A stretch of 63,932 nucleotides of DNA, counting the filler, from Sluysia triapertura (taxonomy: Eukaryota): assembly GCA_046118255.1 (NCBI GenBank). It is 3 parts of 3 records of this genome, joined end to end, with 100 filler letters (N's around TTAATTAATTAA, not from the genome) between each part and the next. Parts side by side here need not be neighbours in the genome. Positions count along the whole stretch, not along the records: positions 1 to 31,462 come from JBJNIA010197374.1; positions 31,563 to 51,325 come from JBJNIA010051005.1; 1 more part is not named here. The stretch is one strand, 5' to 3'. The notes beneath the pieces were generated by a model. It was not told the DNA's origin. It did not search any database and worked only from the letters and a program-made list of their open reading frames with translations. The first letter of the stretch is position 1, and each line of letters starts with the position of its first letter. This document shows positions 27,500 to 40,450 of the stretch, piece after piece. A program made the translations under genes and the position numbers.

Positions 27500-30275
27500 A
27501 TAATTTGTTAATGCTTTCACCGGAAGAAGTAACTCTTGATAAGTAAGTACTACACCAAAATGCTTAATATAAGAAAACAAGAGTAAAAAAGCTGTTTATG
27601 AATTCGCATGTGTTTTAAAAGCTTTAGTTTCTATGACTAAAATTCCGGAAGAGAATAAGGAAACGTTTTTCCTGGATAAATTAAAAATAGTTTAAGCTAA
27701 GAGCATGTGTAAGTTTAATTGATTCGTTACCCTTTAAAAGATATTGTTAAGAAATTAAGAGACATCGAGAGATCTCAAGCCTAAGAACGAAACAACATAA
27801 GCTACATAAGTAATAGTGAAGATAATTATAAAGTTAAGTATTTTAAAAAAATGAAACCCCAAAGATTTCGGTTATGATAATTTTAATTATGATTCAAATA
27901 ACCGTAATTTTAGGATAAATAGTTTGAACTCCAGAAGTAACAATTTAATAGAGGAAATAATAGAGGAAAAAAGTCTAAGTAAGCCATATACACTTCCCAA
28001 CGAAACAGTTGAATTATGGTATTATTGATGCGACAAGTAATGAAAGTAGTTTAGAAAATTTAAGCAAATCAGACTTAAGTCTTCAGGATGTTATAACATT
28101 AAATATAATTTAGTTGTCTTAAGTAGGGACGAAAGTCCATATAAAGTTAAGAAAAATGATAAAGAAAATTGTACAGACAGAAAGAAATGAATTACCAAAG
28201 ACTTTAATGCTAAGATACTAATTAACGATTCCATAAATATTGTAATGGAGTTACTTATTACGAACGAACATTCTACAACAAATGTTAAGTTACATTTTCA
28301 CCTTAGGAAATTGTTGCTTGATGAATTTTTGAATGCAAAAATGGCTAATGTATTGGTATTCACAATAATGTACTAAAGGCCATTATTATTTACGATAAAT
28401 CTCTTAGTTACTCAATACTGTCACTAAAATAATGCAGACAAGGAGTAATCCTCCCATTCATGTGAAACAATTGATGATGATAATGAAGTTAAGAAAAATA
28501 TTAATAACCCATATGAAAAACAGATGATAAAAATTTGAATGATAACGCATATGCATAAAAGTTGAATAAATAAAGAAATATTCTTAAGAAAAGAACCGAC
28601 AGACTAAGAAAAAAATGAATAGAATGACCATTTAACAACTCCTAATTCAGTTCTTAGAAATGCCATAGATTTAACAAATATTAATTATAATAAAAATAAA
28701 ATTGAGTTAAATAAAAAGTTTAATTTATCCGACAAATTTGACAATTTACTGTTACCTAAAATTAAAGACTATAGAATTACTCTAACTGAATTAGTAAAAC
28801 AATTAGAGGAAAAATATAAGTATAAAAACAGGAGTATTTATAAGTACTTATAAAAACACGGGACACTATAAGTTAGTAATTAATAAACAAGTTAACGCTG
28901 GTTTAAATAGAGACTTATTTATAATGGCCCATGTATTGTTCCAGCGTGATAAAGCGAAGCTCCTTACTGTAGAAAAGTAGGTAAAACAATAACTTAAATA
29001 TGGATAGAAACTAAGGTTGCTGGAAAAACATAATTAAAGGAAGAGATAAATTAGATCCTGACGAAATCTTCAATGGGCTAATAGACAAATTAGGAAATAA
29101 TAAAATAATGAATAATATATAGTACATAGATTAGGCAATTCACTAAAATATGTTATTCGTAATCATTTTGCTTGTTATGATTGGTATAAATAGGACAAAC
29201 GGAATTAAAGAATTTGACTGTAGTCAACTACAAATAGGTACAAAGTTTTCATTATTGGTCATAGAAGATTGTCTCGAGTCATGACCAATTGAGTAAAACA
29301 TTAAATATTTATCAGGAAAGTAACTTAGTAACGACAATAGTTGTAACGATCCGTTGTAATATGGTATTGTGGACATCATAGTCTCTTCAATATTTCAAAT
29401 ATTTTGAAACCATGCAAAATACTGCGTAGCAATTGCAGAGATGCTTTTGAAACTAGCAATATAAGATGAGCTGAAAATCAAGAATATTGAAAAGATAATT
29501 TACAATGTAAGGATTTATGGAACGTACCATTAAATGGAACATGTGAGAGGTTCCATAAAATATGAAGGGAAAATATATCATATATTGTAGCACAAGAAAC
29601 ATATATAGTAAGTCTAAAATCTTTTAATGAAAGCTTCGATATAGAAAGTGATACAATAATATGGCGTTCTTTTTTTGCAGGATTGACCAAACTAGTTGCA
29701 ATACCGGAGAATTCATTTATGAATTATATAAGTTTCAATGTCCTTTAATATTTCTAAAACAAGTTAAGTTTAATCTCGTATTGGGATCTGTATCTCAAAA
29801 TGAAAATGATTTATCTGCTAAATAATTAAATAAGAAACAAGTAGATAAAGAAAAAGATTGAATGAGGTAGAAACCCCTACAATTCTCATGGCAAATAAGG
29901 AAGACAGTTTATTATTAATGTAGAAAAGTTTAATAATTAGGTGTGGGAAGAAAGTAACAGAAACTAACTACCAAGCTAAAAGGCGTTAATACAAAGAATT
30001 TGAAGAGAATAAATACTTTAATAATATTGATTGATTTTTATTACCACTTAGGACTAATGTCATTAGATAAAGTTTACCAAGCTACAGTTATAAGAGATTG
30101 TCAATTAAATAAGGAAATATCACTAAATTACCAATCCAGATTTAGTCGCACCGCTTTTACCACTTGAAGGTATTTTAGGTAGACCGATGGGAAAAGTGTT
30201 ATATATTAATAAAAGTAAAAGAATTGAGGTACAAATGCGTCAAGAATCGGAGTGTACTAAGGAATTACCAGTAAT
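27500..30275 (+). mobile_element. Degraded env-bearing LTR retroelement (gag - pol remnant - env)
   Basis: gag-like KMLNIRKQE..VYEFACVLKALVS....TFFLDKL (about 27550-27690); YNGPCIV (GPY/F-like) at 28920-28940; env from 29150. Confidence 0.55.
29150..30275 (+). pseudogene. Chuvirus-like class III fusion glycoprotein (env), frameshifted and 3'-truncated
   Basis: Ordered motifs: signal peptide MLFVIILLVMIG, IKEFDCS...FSLLVIEDC, WYCGHHS (29362-82), NGTCE, RCGKKVTETNY, SLDKVYQATVIRDCQLNKEI, TNPDLVAPLL.GILGRPMGKVLYI...EVQMRQESECTKELPV. Confidence 0.75.
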
Positions 30276-30294
30276 TATGGTATATTACATATGT

Positions 30295-30545
30295 CATAAT
30301 AATATTCATAATAAAATGTATTGGTATTTTAAAATAACATTAGTATTTTAATTTAATATTCATTTCGTTGTTCATAATTTAATATTGGTATTATAATTAA
30401 CAAAATAATCATAATAATATTCATAATAAAATGTATTGGTATTTTAAAATAACATTAATATTTTAATATTCATTTATTTATTTCGTTGTTCATAATTTAA
30501 TATTGGTATTTTAATTAACAAAATAATATTAGTATTTTAATATTC
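30295..30545. repeat. Tandem duplication of an approximately 115-120 bp AT-rich unit
   Basis: cataataatattcataataaaatgtattggtattttaaaataacatt... occurs at 30295 and 30410. Confidence 0.85.
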
Positions 30546-31462
30546 ATTTATTTATTTTCGTAGATCTAAGAATAAAGCAATAAATAAATTATTATTATGA
30601 TTATTATTGTTATTATTATTATTCAATTAATATTGTTGTATTTAGAAAAATTATTACTATTCAGAAAATTGTAATAAAATTTATGTTTAGAAAATTATAT
30701 TAACAGAATAAAATTTGTATAAAAAATTAACCAATTAAAATTATTTAGAACAGAATTAAATTCTATTTTTGTACTGCTTATTATAGAACTAAATTTTAAC
30801 TATTTTGTACTGTTATTAAATCAAATTATATACAACAGAATTAAATTTTAACTATTTTGTACTGTTATTATTTGTCAGAATTTTATATTTAATAATTATC
30901 AAAGTGGAATTGAGTATAAAGAGACATTAATCATATTACAAGCATTACTTGTGGATCAAGCTACTATATTACAATTCTTGTTGATCGAGTTATCAGTCAT
31001 TACAGATCATTTCTTGTTACCAGTCATTTTTCGTTGATCGAGATACAGACTATTGCAAATTATCTTCAACCAGTCGAAATAAACAATTATTAATAAAGGA
31101 ATTTCGAAAGTTATTAAAATTGACTGTGAGTAACTCTTTATTATTTTATTTTTATATCTACGATCTATTAATAAAATTAAATATATTTAAATAATCATTA
31201 ATAAATAATTTTTTGATTTTGTTTTGTCTTTTTTAATTTTGCATAAATTAAATCTAAACTTAAAAAACACTTAGATAAAGTTAAAATAAACAATTTATTA
31301 ATCTTTTAATAAACTAAACCATCCAAGTAAGAGTGATACCGCATAAAAAAATAAAACTACTAAACATTAACTATTAAGCACTTTCATCCTAAACAATTAG
31401 GACGAGTATTGTAACTCACGCCTCTAATTAAGTTCAATATTAAGTGATAATATCAAGAGTAT

Positions 31463-31562
31463 NNNNNNNNNNNNNNNNNNNNNNNNNNNNNNNNNNNNNN
31501 NNNNNNTTAATTAATTAANNNNNNNNNNNNNNNNNNNNNNNNNNNNNNNNNNNNNNNNNNNN
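31463..31562. other. Artificial assembly linker N44-TTAATTAATTAA-N44
   Basis: 100-nt spacer with stops in all six frames. Confidence 0.97.
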
Positions 31563-31601
31563 TTTTTATTTTTTTATTAATATTTATTACTATTTATTAA
31601 A

Positions 31602-32536
31602 ATGAATGGTAAATTAAATATATATATATTCTAGTTATTAATTTTTTCAGAAAAAGAATGGTCGAATCTATTCATTGCAGCTGGTATTTCTGATGATTCT
31701 GCTAAAGAATATGCTAAAATATTTATAAATAATAAAATGTCTTTAGCAATAATGTATCATCTAAATGAAAATTATTTAAAGAATATGGGTATTTCGGCTG
31801 TTGGTGATATAATTAGGATACTAAGTATTAAAGTTAAGCAGGTTTGTTATTATAAATTTGATTTAATAAATTTATTAAGGTACCACCTAGCACAATAAAA
31901 AGTGATATTAAATTTTATTTTATTTTTCACCTTAGAAAGTATTAATGAAAGTTCTCCAAATATTGATAATAGTGGTGATGCAAACTTGAAGTCGTTATAT
32001 AAAAAAGTTCATAATTGTGAATTACCGGTGCCCGTAAAGCGGATAGTTACACCAGAAATTGAAGGAAAATATGTTATTAATAATCCAAGTAAAAATAACA
32101 ATTTGGAATGTGTTGCTGTAAAGCGAAAAGTAGTTTCAGAAAACACAACACATAGTGATTCTCTTGAAACTGATCGTATAGTTATTTTATCACCCGAACA
32201 ATCAAAACCTACAGTTTTGCACCGCTTAGGTAAATCAAAGACTGTTGATGAAACTGATAATTTACCAGAAATTAAACGTAGTAGACTTGAAATTGCAGAC
32301 AATAAAACTATTCTGAAAAGATTTTTCAGAGCAACATTGTCAAAAGATAATCAAACAAATATCCATTTATCTAAAAATCTTTCTAATAAGAAAGAAGTTA
32401 GTAAATTTTGAATTTTGTATTAGTGTTTTAGGAAATCCGAGGAAACGTATTATCACGATTAGGCGTAGTAGAAGAAAACGGCAGTTTGCCTTATATTGGA
32501 CTATTTAAATTACCGAACACAAAAAGGTTATTTTAG
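31602..32536 (+). CDS. C19orf47: C19orf47-like protein (N-terminal SAM-like domain)
   Basis: Phase-compatible exons 31602-31608, 31651-31841, 31880-31901, 31936-32396, 32432-32526(+). EWSNLFIAAGISDDSAKEYAKIFINNKM...LKNMGISAVGDIIRIL, KRIVTPEIEGKYVI, VLHRLG/VLSRLG and LPYIGLFK recall C19orf47. The 3' end is uncertain: TAG at 32534-36 or a GT donor at 32527. Confidence 0.8.
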
Positions 32537-34333
32537 TTCACTCAATTAAATTTTGTAAACTAATTCAATCTTCTTTTTTTGCCTACTTGAACTTTAGCAA
32601 TTTTATTATGATGGAAAATCAAAAAGTGTGATAACTATATCATTTTAGTGTCCTTTTGTTTATTAGGCTGTTATTTATGACTTATTAGTAATCGAATTTT
32701 AATGTTGCTAATGTTTTTGAAGTGTTAAAATTTAATAGGATAACTTCATTGAAAGCATTAAATGTCAGTTAAGGTGCCTTTTAACTATTAACATTGGCTT
32801 ATGACCTTTATATATTACGAAAAGCTCAGAAATAGGCTTAAAGTTTTTAGAAATCTCGTCATTTAGTAATAATTTTTAGTTGGATGTATAAAAACTGAAA
32901 AATGTTACATAAAGTCATATTTACGAATATCTAAAGGTAAATTTGATTTTAAATTGTCTGTGAATGCGAATGTTTATTTATGTAATTTAAAGTGTCTGTT
33001 TAGCTTTTTTTCAAATATAAAAGCACGCCAATATCTTTTTTCTAAGATCATGTTATGTATGTTATATGCTTATAGATAATTCAAAGTTTTATAGTTTTTA
33101 TAATTATTTTATCATTTATTAATTGTAATTCTGGGTTTAGAGTTTCTTTAAAATCCCATAACTTTTCTCTATTTGAGATTCATTAGGGTTTTGACAAATA
33201 CAATTATAAGAAATGAAGTATTGGGTTCACAAATCTCAATTTTTTGTCTATCGTTAGTAACTGATCAATTTGTGAACTTTCTCTGAAATTTGAATAATTT
33301 AATCCCATAATCTTATGAGAAAGTTTTCAGAAAAAATTTAACTTTAAACTTGAGCCGCATTCTTGTACAAATAACTGTACTAGAAATATGAAGTAATATA
33401 ACGGAGGTTACCTAGTAACGTTTTATGTATTATTAAATAATATAATCAATTTTTTTAATTTAATTTTATTTGTTTTCAAAAAAATTAATTTTTGAATACA
33501 AAATTAGTCATTTAAATCGCTTTAAGGCATAAATCAAATAAAAATAAATTCGTTCATCAATTTCTTATATATTGTTAACTAACAGTTCTTAGGTTTAATG
33601 TTCGATGCAGCTGAATAATTATATTATTCGGTAATTCCATGTATTTTAACAATATATTTGCAATCGAATGTTTGAAAACAAAAATTCTCTAAATGTAATG
33701 CTCTCGACCAAATGTTTAAAAATAAAAATGTAACACTATAATCGAATGTTTGGAAATAAGTTATGAAATAAAATGCTACAATTGTCTGTTATCGAATATT
33801 TGAAAATGTATCAAAAAATATTAATGTATTAATTGTTAATAAAGAATGTTTGATTATGCTATATTTGTATTAATGTTTAATTGAATCGTAACATTGATGA
33901 GCCACAATAAATTCGTAATGAATTTCTGATAGTAATTTATTGAATAAATGTAATGATGGATGTAAATATGTCAATAGTTAACCGATGTCAATAAGTAATA
34001 AAGATCGAAATATGTATGTTAGCCAAATAAAATTTGTGAAATTGAAATATATATATGTTGACTGAACAAATGTCGTTTGGTGAGCCAATGTTGATTTAAT
34101 GCGTCTGCTAAAGCAAATTATGAATTAAAATTAATAATAAATTATTAAATATAAGTGAATATGGACTAAATTAAAATATATACTGAAACAATGTGTGCTT
34201 GGAAAAATAAATTGAATAATGTTTAACTAATGAATACTAAATACTGTACGAAATTAATAATTATAATGGTTTTGTAACGAAATACTGTATATTAGTACGA
34301 ATAGAAACCGATGCTAACACTAGAATAACATTA

Positions 34334-35270
34334 CCTGAGTGTATAACTGATTACATTCACTTAACTCTGTAGACCACTTGGTAGCATCAAGAAAAGAGCC
34401 AGTTTTCTATGCTTTTGCTCAACTATCTGATGTTAATATTGGCGATGTAGAGATTAATGGGAAGTTCTAGATGATTTTTATATTAAACCTAAAAAATTAG
34501 TGTTGATTAGAAACAATGGACTGAAATATATCCATTCAGATATTATCCATAAACATTTAAAATGGTCTGAAAAGATCGTCGTTTGAATCAAAATTGGATA
34601 ATGGGATTTCTTTAATCTATGATTAATTTTGGTAATAATTCCATCAGATTGACTGTAATTTTCCTAAACAATTATTTTTAACGTTATATTAATAAAGAAG
34701 AACATATTTCATACTTTTCTGTTATTTTTTGATTAAATTTATTTATTATCATAGTTATATTGCTAAATCCTTTTCTTTATATTTAAACTGAATGATAAGG
34801 CAAGAATCGATAGTTATGTTTATAATGTATTGTCAACACACAAATTATGATAGTGTAATATCGGTGCACATTATTAATTATTAATAGTTTATTTGTATTT
34901 TTGCTTTAAAAAAATTATTTTGTTTATTAAAACACAATATATTAATTTATGTTGAACTAATATTTCTGCAACAGAAAGAAATTTAATTTAATATTCTCTC
35001 GTATTTAGTGATTTAGAGTGATACATAGTATTATGATGAACGAGTAAATTTGCCTGTATTATCTCCAATTATATAAACTTTATGTACACTATCTTTTGTT
35101 TGCTTAGAATAGATTTTGATTTTAGTAAATACAACGCAAACATCACGTATTAAGACATCTAGGAAATATCCATCTATAATTTTAATATCGTTTGTAAGGC
35201 CTTACAACTTTTTAGAAACTTCATGGAATAAATCATCAAAATTCATTGCAGATTTAAATTCATAAAAAAT
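34334..35270 (-). pseudogene. Unprocessed (intron-containing) gene fragment with stops
   Basis: Exon-like blocks (FDDLFHEVSKKL/WIFPRC; ENYSQSDGIITKINHRLKKSHYPILIQTT; SFLDATKWSTELSECNQLYTQ|gt) separated by roughly 32-33 nt GT-AG introns, with in-frame stops. Confidence 0.35.
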
Positions 35271-36818
35271 TTCAATTAAATTTTTTAAAAAATATACATC
35301 AATAGTTAACGTATTGCTATATGTATAATAATATATAATAAAAAATAACAAAATTATCGTAATGACCTCATGATTCAGCATGAAAATGTTTTCTTAAATT
35401 AAGTTTATTAAACCAACCGACATTAAGCAAACCATATCATTCTTCAGGATGAACATTTTATGATTAATAAGGAATGGAATGACTAATGCGAAGAGCAAAC
35501 AATGGGAATCGTTAAAAATAAACACATTAATAGTATGATCATGATCCCACAAATAATGTTACAGTATTTATTTTTGGTGGCATTATAAGGAATATTTTTT
35601 AAATGAAATTAACAGAAATTACATCAAATCTGAAAACAAATTTTTCACATTTATTTATATATTCTTCAGGGTCGTTAAGTGCTTTTTGATTTTATTCACT
35701 TTTCACAAATGCAGCGGACATATTAAAAGACGATTTTTTACTATCGAAATTAATAGCAATGAAACTAATAACTCAGCGAAATTTCGTAAATTATTTTTTA
35801 AAATACTATTATCTTTATCGATATATTTATTAATAATCTGTTGGTTTGTAACATTTGGATTTTGACTCCAATATATATCCCGATCTATAATATCTACATA
35901 ATTGAATATATTATTTCACATATTGCAATAAGAATTAAGGTTAATATGCATAAATCGGAAAGAAACAAGCATAATGTATAAAGGTTAGAAGGATAAAAAT
36001 AAAAACTGATAAAATAGAAGACTAGGAAGACAAAAAGAATAATACAATGACAGTAATGTTTTATAATATAATAACATGGAATTTTAGGTTGTAATAGAAG
36101 TTTAATCGAGGGTTAACATGTCGAATTTTTTTTATTGAATTAAGATCTGATATTATCTTAGACTATTCAGAGATTGGGAAATTAATTTTTTAAAATAATG
36201 AAGATATGGGAATTGGTATTTTGATATGTCAAGGTATTGATTTTAATAATTTTAATTATTATTTGAATATTATATTATTCTCTCAAATTTATAATAATAT
36301 ATTTTATCCCCAGTATTTTATGTCAATAAACCTGATGTAATTTTTTAAGAAACTGTATTATTTTTAGTTTTGCTTGGTGTATTACCGTTTACTGATAATT
36401 ATTTTTATAATTTTTTGGGGGTTTACACATTAATTCTATTTCAACAATAAATAATTTAATTTCTGTAAGGACTATTTTTACAAAAATAAACATAATTATA
36501 AATAGTGATTTTGATGTTTTCAGTTTTCGTTAGTATATTTTTTATTATTTGTTTGATAATTATATTTGTAATTTTTTGGGGTATTTGCCCATCTTAAGAA
36601 TTTTTACTTACTATAAGTTTGTATTTTTAAGGACGGTTTTACTTCCACTGTATTTATTGTAAAGCAAATAAAATAATGTTTATTTTTAATTGTACCTGTA
36701 GATTTTGGGATTTTGTTATTTAGATAATTTCTGAGCATTGTAATACAACTTAAATTTTAATTTATAAAGAAATATAGTTATTTTGATTTGGCAAAATATG
36801 AATCAGCAAAATGAATAA

Positions 36819-37680
36819 GTGACGTTGCCTCAAGTAAGAGTGGTTACAAATGATAGCCACATACTTCCTATGAATTCTTATGACGTGAATCCACATAGTT
36901 TATCACAGTTCATCAATCAATATCATATAAGTTCCAGAATTTATGGCTGGAATGAATCAAAACAATGTGAGAGACTTTCATTACATTTGCGAGGGAGAGT
37001 TTTAGATGATTATCTAAATATAGCCAAAGAAAAACGCATGAAATGGACAGATTTTGAAAATCAGCTGGTTACGAATGATAGAAAATGGTGGAAAATTTAG
37101 TAGCAAAATACAGGTAACAAACGAATACGTTATACAGTGCATTTTTGATATGAAACAGTTAGATTTAAAAGCATTTCCAAATTTTAGTAATGACTAGAGA
37201 AATGAATTGATACTACAGCAATTTTTAGATGGATGTAAGGAACCGATTCGATCAGAGTTATTAATTTCTGATGCTACGATTTTAGAAAATATTTAATCAA
37301 AGACTACAAAAATTGAAGCTAGATTGTCGATTGCCCCTATAAGGCCAGTTTTATGGTTTCTGATATTAAACCAATAGAGTAACATGATATTAAAACACCT
37401 AATTTAGTGACTCGTAATACTTATGCACCCAAAAATAATTTTTTTAGATAGACGCCGCTGTAGAGATCGTTTTGGTCGCGGTAACAGAAATTTTGATAAT
37501 GAACTTCACAAAGAATATCCATAGCACCACCGCGAAAATTTAACAATAGTCAATTTTACAACGAAAAGCATAACTGGAGAAATAACAGATTCCGTTTTGG
37601 CAATGGCAATAATTATCGTGCTGGTAAATTATCTAATTTTAGAAAAACGATTCAGTTTAAAGATGACATTATATGTTAAC
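36819..37680 (+). mobile_element. Gypsy-type gag pseudogene
   Basis: FINQY...GWNESKQCERLSLHLRGRVLDDY...W, then KQLDLKAFP..NELILQQFLDGCKEPIRSEL and an R/N/G-rich tail. Confidence 0.75.
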
Positions 37681-37974
37681 AGGCGAAATGATCAAAAAAT
37701 GGTACCAAAAAGGATACCATTGGTATGGATCTAGAAATAGTTAAAGAAGTAGTTAAAAGGCAGAAAATTAATGAAGATTAGGGTGAAGAAACCGTTGAAG
37801 AAATGTTTGGTAATTTATTCATTATAACAAATGTTAAACACTCGGAAGAAAATGCTGTTTCTTATAGTGATACCAATGATTTTAGCTAATTTTGCACGTA
37901 TATATGCGTTAAGTAATAAAAAAAGATACAATATTTGAAACCTTAATAAATAAATTGCCGTTACATTTATCTTA

Positions 37975-38567
37975 CAGGATAGTATTGGTGACACTCCTCT
38001 ACATAATGCGATTCTTAAGGAGTATGTTGAAGCTGTTGTAGGAAAACACTTTATGGGCAATAAATTTCAAAAACTCTGCCTATTAAACATCTTTACTATT
38101 AAGTATTATACGTAATATGCCTGATTCGTTCATTAATCATTTGTTACGTAGTGGTAGTTACGTATGGAATAACCTATATAATAATCCCCTTACTTATTTT
38201 ATAAAATACAATAAACTTAATATTTTGAAATAGTTATGTAAATTTGCTATAGAAAACGATATATTTATTGTGTTTCAGTGTCCACATGACATGAATTATA
38301 CTATTTTACATAAAGCAATACTGAAAAATAATAATGAAACAATCCAGTTTTTGGTACGGTTAAAAAATAACAGTGATGAGTTTATAATTGACATAAATGA
38401 AAAGATAAATTAGCAATCAATCGACTTTACGTATGGTAATAATTAGCAATGCGTACAATATTTAAGAGACCTGATTTTTGAATTTAGATCATACAAATGC
38501 AGACGGCGAAAACGCCTTAGATAGCGATAAAAGATCTAAACGACAAGATATGGTACAACTATTGTAA
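37975..38567 (+). pseudogene. Ankyrin-repeat pseudogene fragment
   Basis: QDSIGDTPLHNAILKEYVEAV; YTILHKAILKNNNETIQFLV; LDHTNADGENALD...DMVQLL. Confidence 0.7.
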
Positions 38568-39949
38568 AGTGTTAGAAATGAAAAATTATGAAAAAAAATG
38601 ATGTTGATATTGATAAATTAATTAAATCTCAATTTGAAGATGAATTTCAAAATAACGAAGTCTTAATAAGTGACGAATAGGTTCGTGAAATTTGCGTCAA
38701 TTGATGCGATTCCATTAGAATTAATTATGAATAATGAAAAAGTAGTGAATTTCCTGATACAAAAAGTAAACTTTCCACATCCTTATTGTTTAAAAGGCAA
38801 AATTATTCTTAGGACTATAGGACAAATGTGATTACGAAAAGACAGTCATGTTTTGTTGAATTACGAAAGTAAGCTCTATGCAGTTAAATTACCGAATTTT
38901 ACGATATGATGAGATGTTGGCATGATCATTTTTTTGTTTTACAAATGACGGAACTATATTGTTAGAAACGATGTAATGATTTAATATTAGAATGTTGATG
39001 TTTACCATTTAGATTAAATACGATTAAGTTTTACATGCACCACATACAGATATTGAGTATATAATTGGGCAACCGGTTAATGACAATTTAAATGATAGTA
39101 CTTCCCTTGCTAAAAAAAATCCAGAAACATGGTAATCATAAAGATAGCAACACTCTTCAGGAAATAAAAACGGAATTACAAAGGATCGGTAATAAAAATG
39201 AATGGTGATTCTGTGAGTAAATTAAGAATGAAATCGGAACCTATGTTAGTTGAAAATAATAATACTAAGTTACAAAGTGTGTCAATAATTCTAAAAAAAT
39301 ATGGTAAAATTTATTTGTAGATTGTCATAATTTTGAATTCTACTCTTGCTTTCATATCTGCCTCTAGAACCAGAAACCACATTCAAATGTCTATTGATAT
39401 TCAAGAAAAATGGATTTGTTATAATGCTGCACTGGAGTTAATTTATGTTGGATTAATGATATTTTTAATTAATGTTTATTTCTGCTGGGTTGTCGCTCAC
39501 CCATGAAGTTAGTATTGAATTTAATCGAAGCTTCGTTGCTTATGCCATGTTTGTTGAACCGTACATATACCATCTTGCTTGTTCTGGTATTTGGTTCTGC
39601 GTTATCATTTATATTAATGCGGTAAGTTACACACTTTATGTTAATATTGTTTCAGGCTCTATAAGTCCAAAGGTTTTAAATGTGGTGAGTTCTTCATATT
39701 TTTTTCATTCTACTATTTTACTTTTTATTCTTATGTTAATTGCATTTTTGGAAATATTTCTTAAATTCGGATTTTAATTTTTTTCTTTGAAGTTACCGAG
39801 AATACAAGAACTTTTAATATTATTTCAACATTTATTTCATGAAAATTTATAAAAATAATCATAAGTGGCATTTTAACTTTATTTGTCATTATTAAATTAT
39901 TTTAAATTACAAATGTTATATTTATATTATATTTATATCATTAATGAAA

Positions 39950-40450
39950 TCCGGGAAAAAATTTCCAAAATTTGGCATATATTACATGTAATATCCGTAT
40001 CTGTTCACCGATAAATTTGTTATCGCTTCTGTAAAGCGCTCCAATAAGTTGAACTTCAAATGTTAAAGTCAACTGTAGGCTTTAATACCAAATATTAACT
40101 TTTGCAACATTTACAATGATCTTTAAGGGCATGCTGTTTCTTAAATGGATTTTTCTCCACAAGTAACACACACGCGTATGTTGTTTATAACGATTTATCA
40201 TTGGTGGTTTCAAACTCTTCATTCAGCTTTTATTTTCTTATCGCATTTCTCATATTCTATGGTTAATAATAATAATTTCTGACCACTTCTGTAAACTTCG
40301 ATTCGTCATTACAATTTTGAACCATAATTTTATTTATTGTATGACATTTGCAGAAATTTGAAATTTCATTTTTGTGATTCACATTCGGCAGGACAAAAAT
40401 GTCTTCTTGAAATTTCTTTAATAATCTCTTGTATTTAATCGAAGAGTTTA
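39950..40450 (-). pseudogene. Degenerate C2H2 zinc-finger ORF
   Basis: CVTCGEKS/FKKQHALKDHC (1-nt frameshift, about 40095-40175), plus EKCDKK and ITCNIC remnants. Confidence 0.4.
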
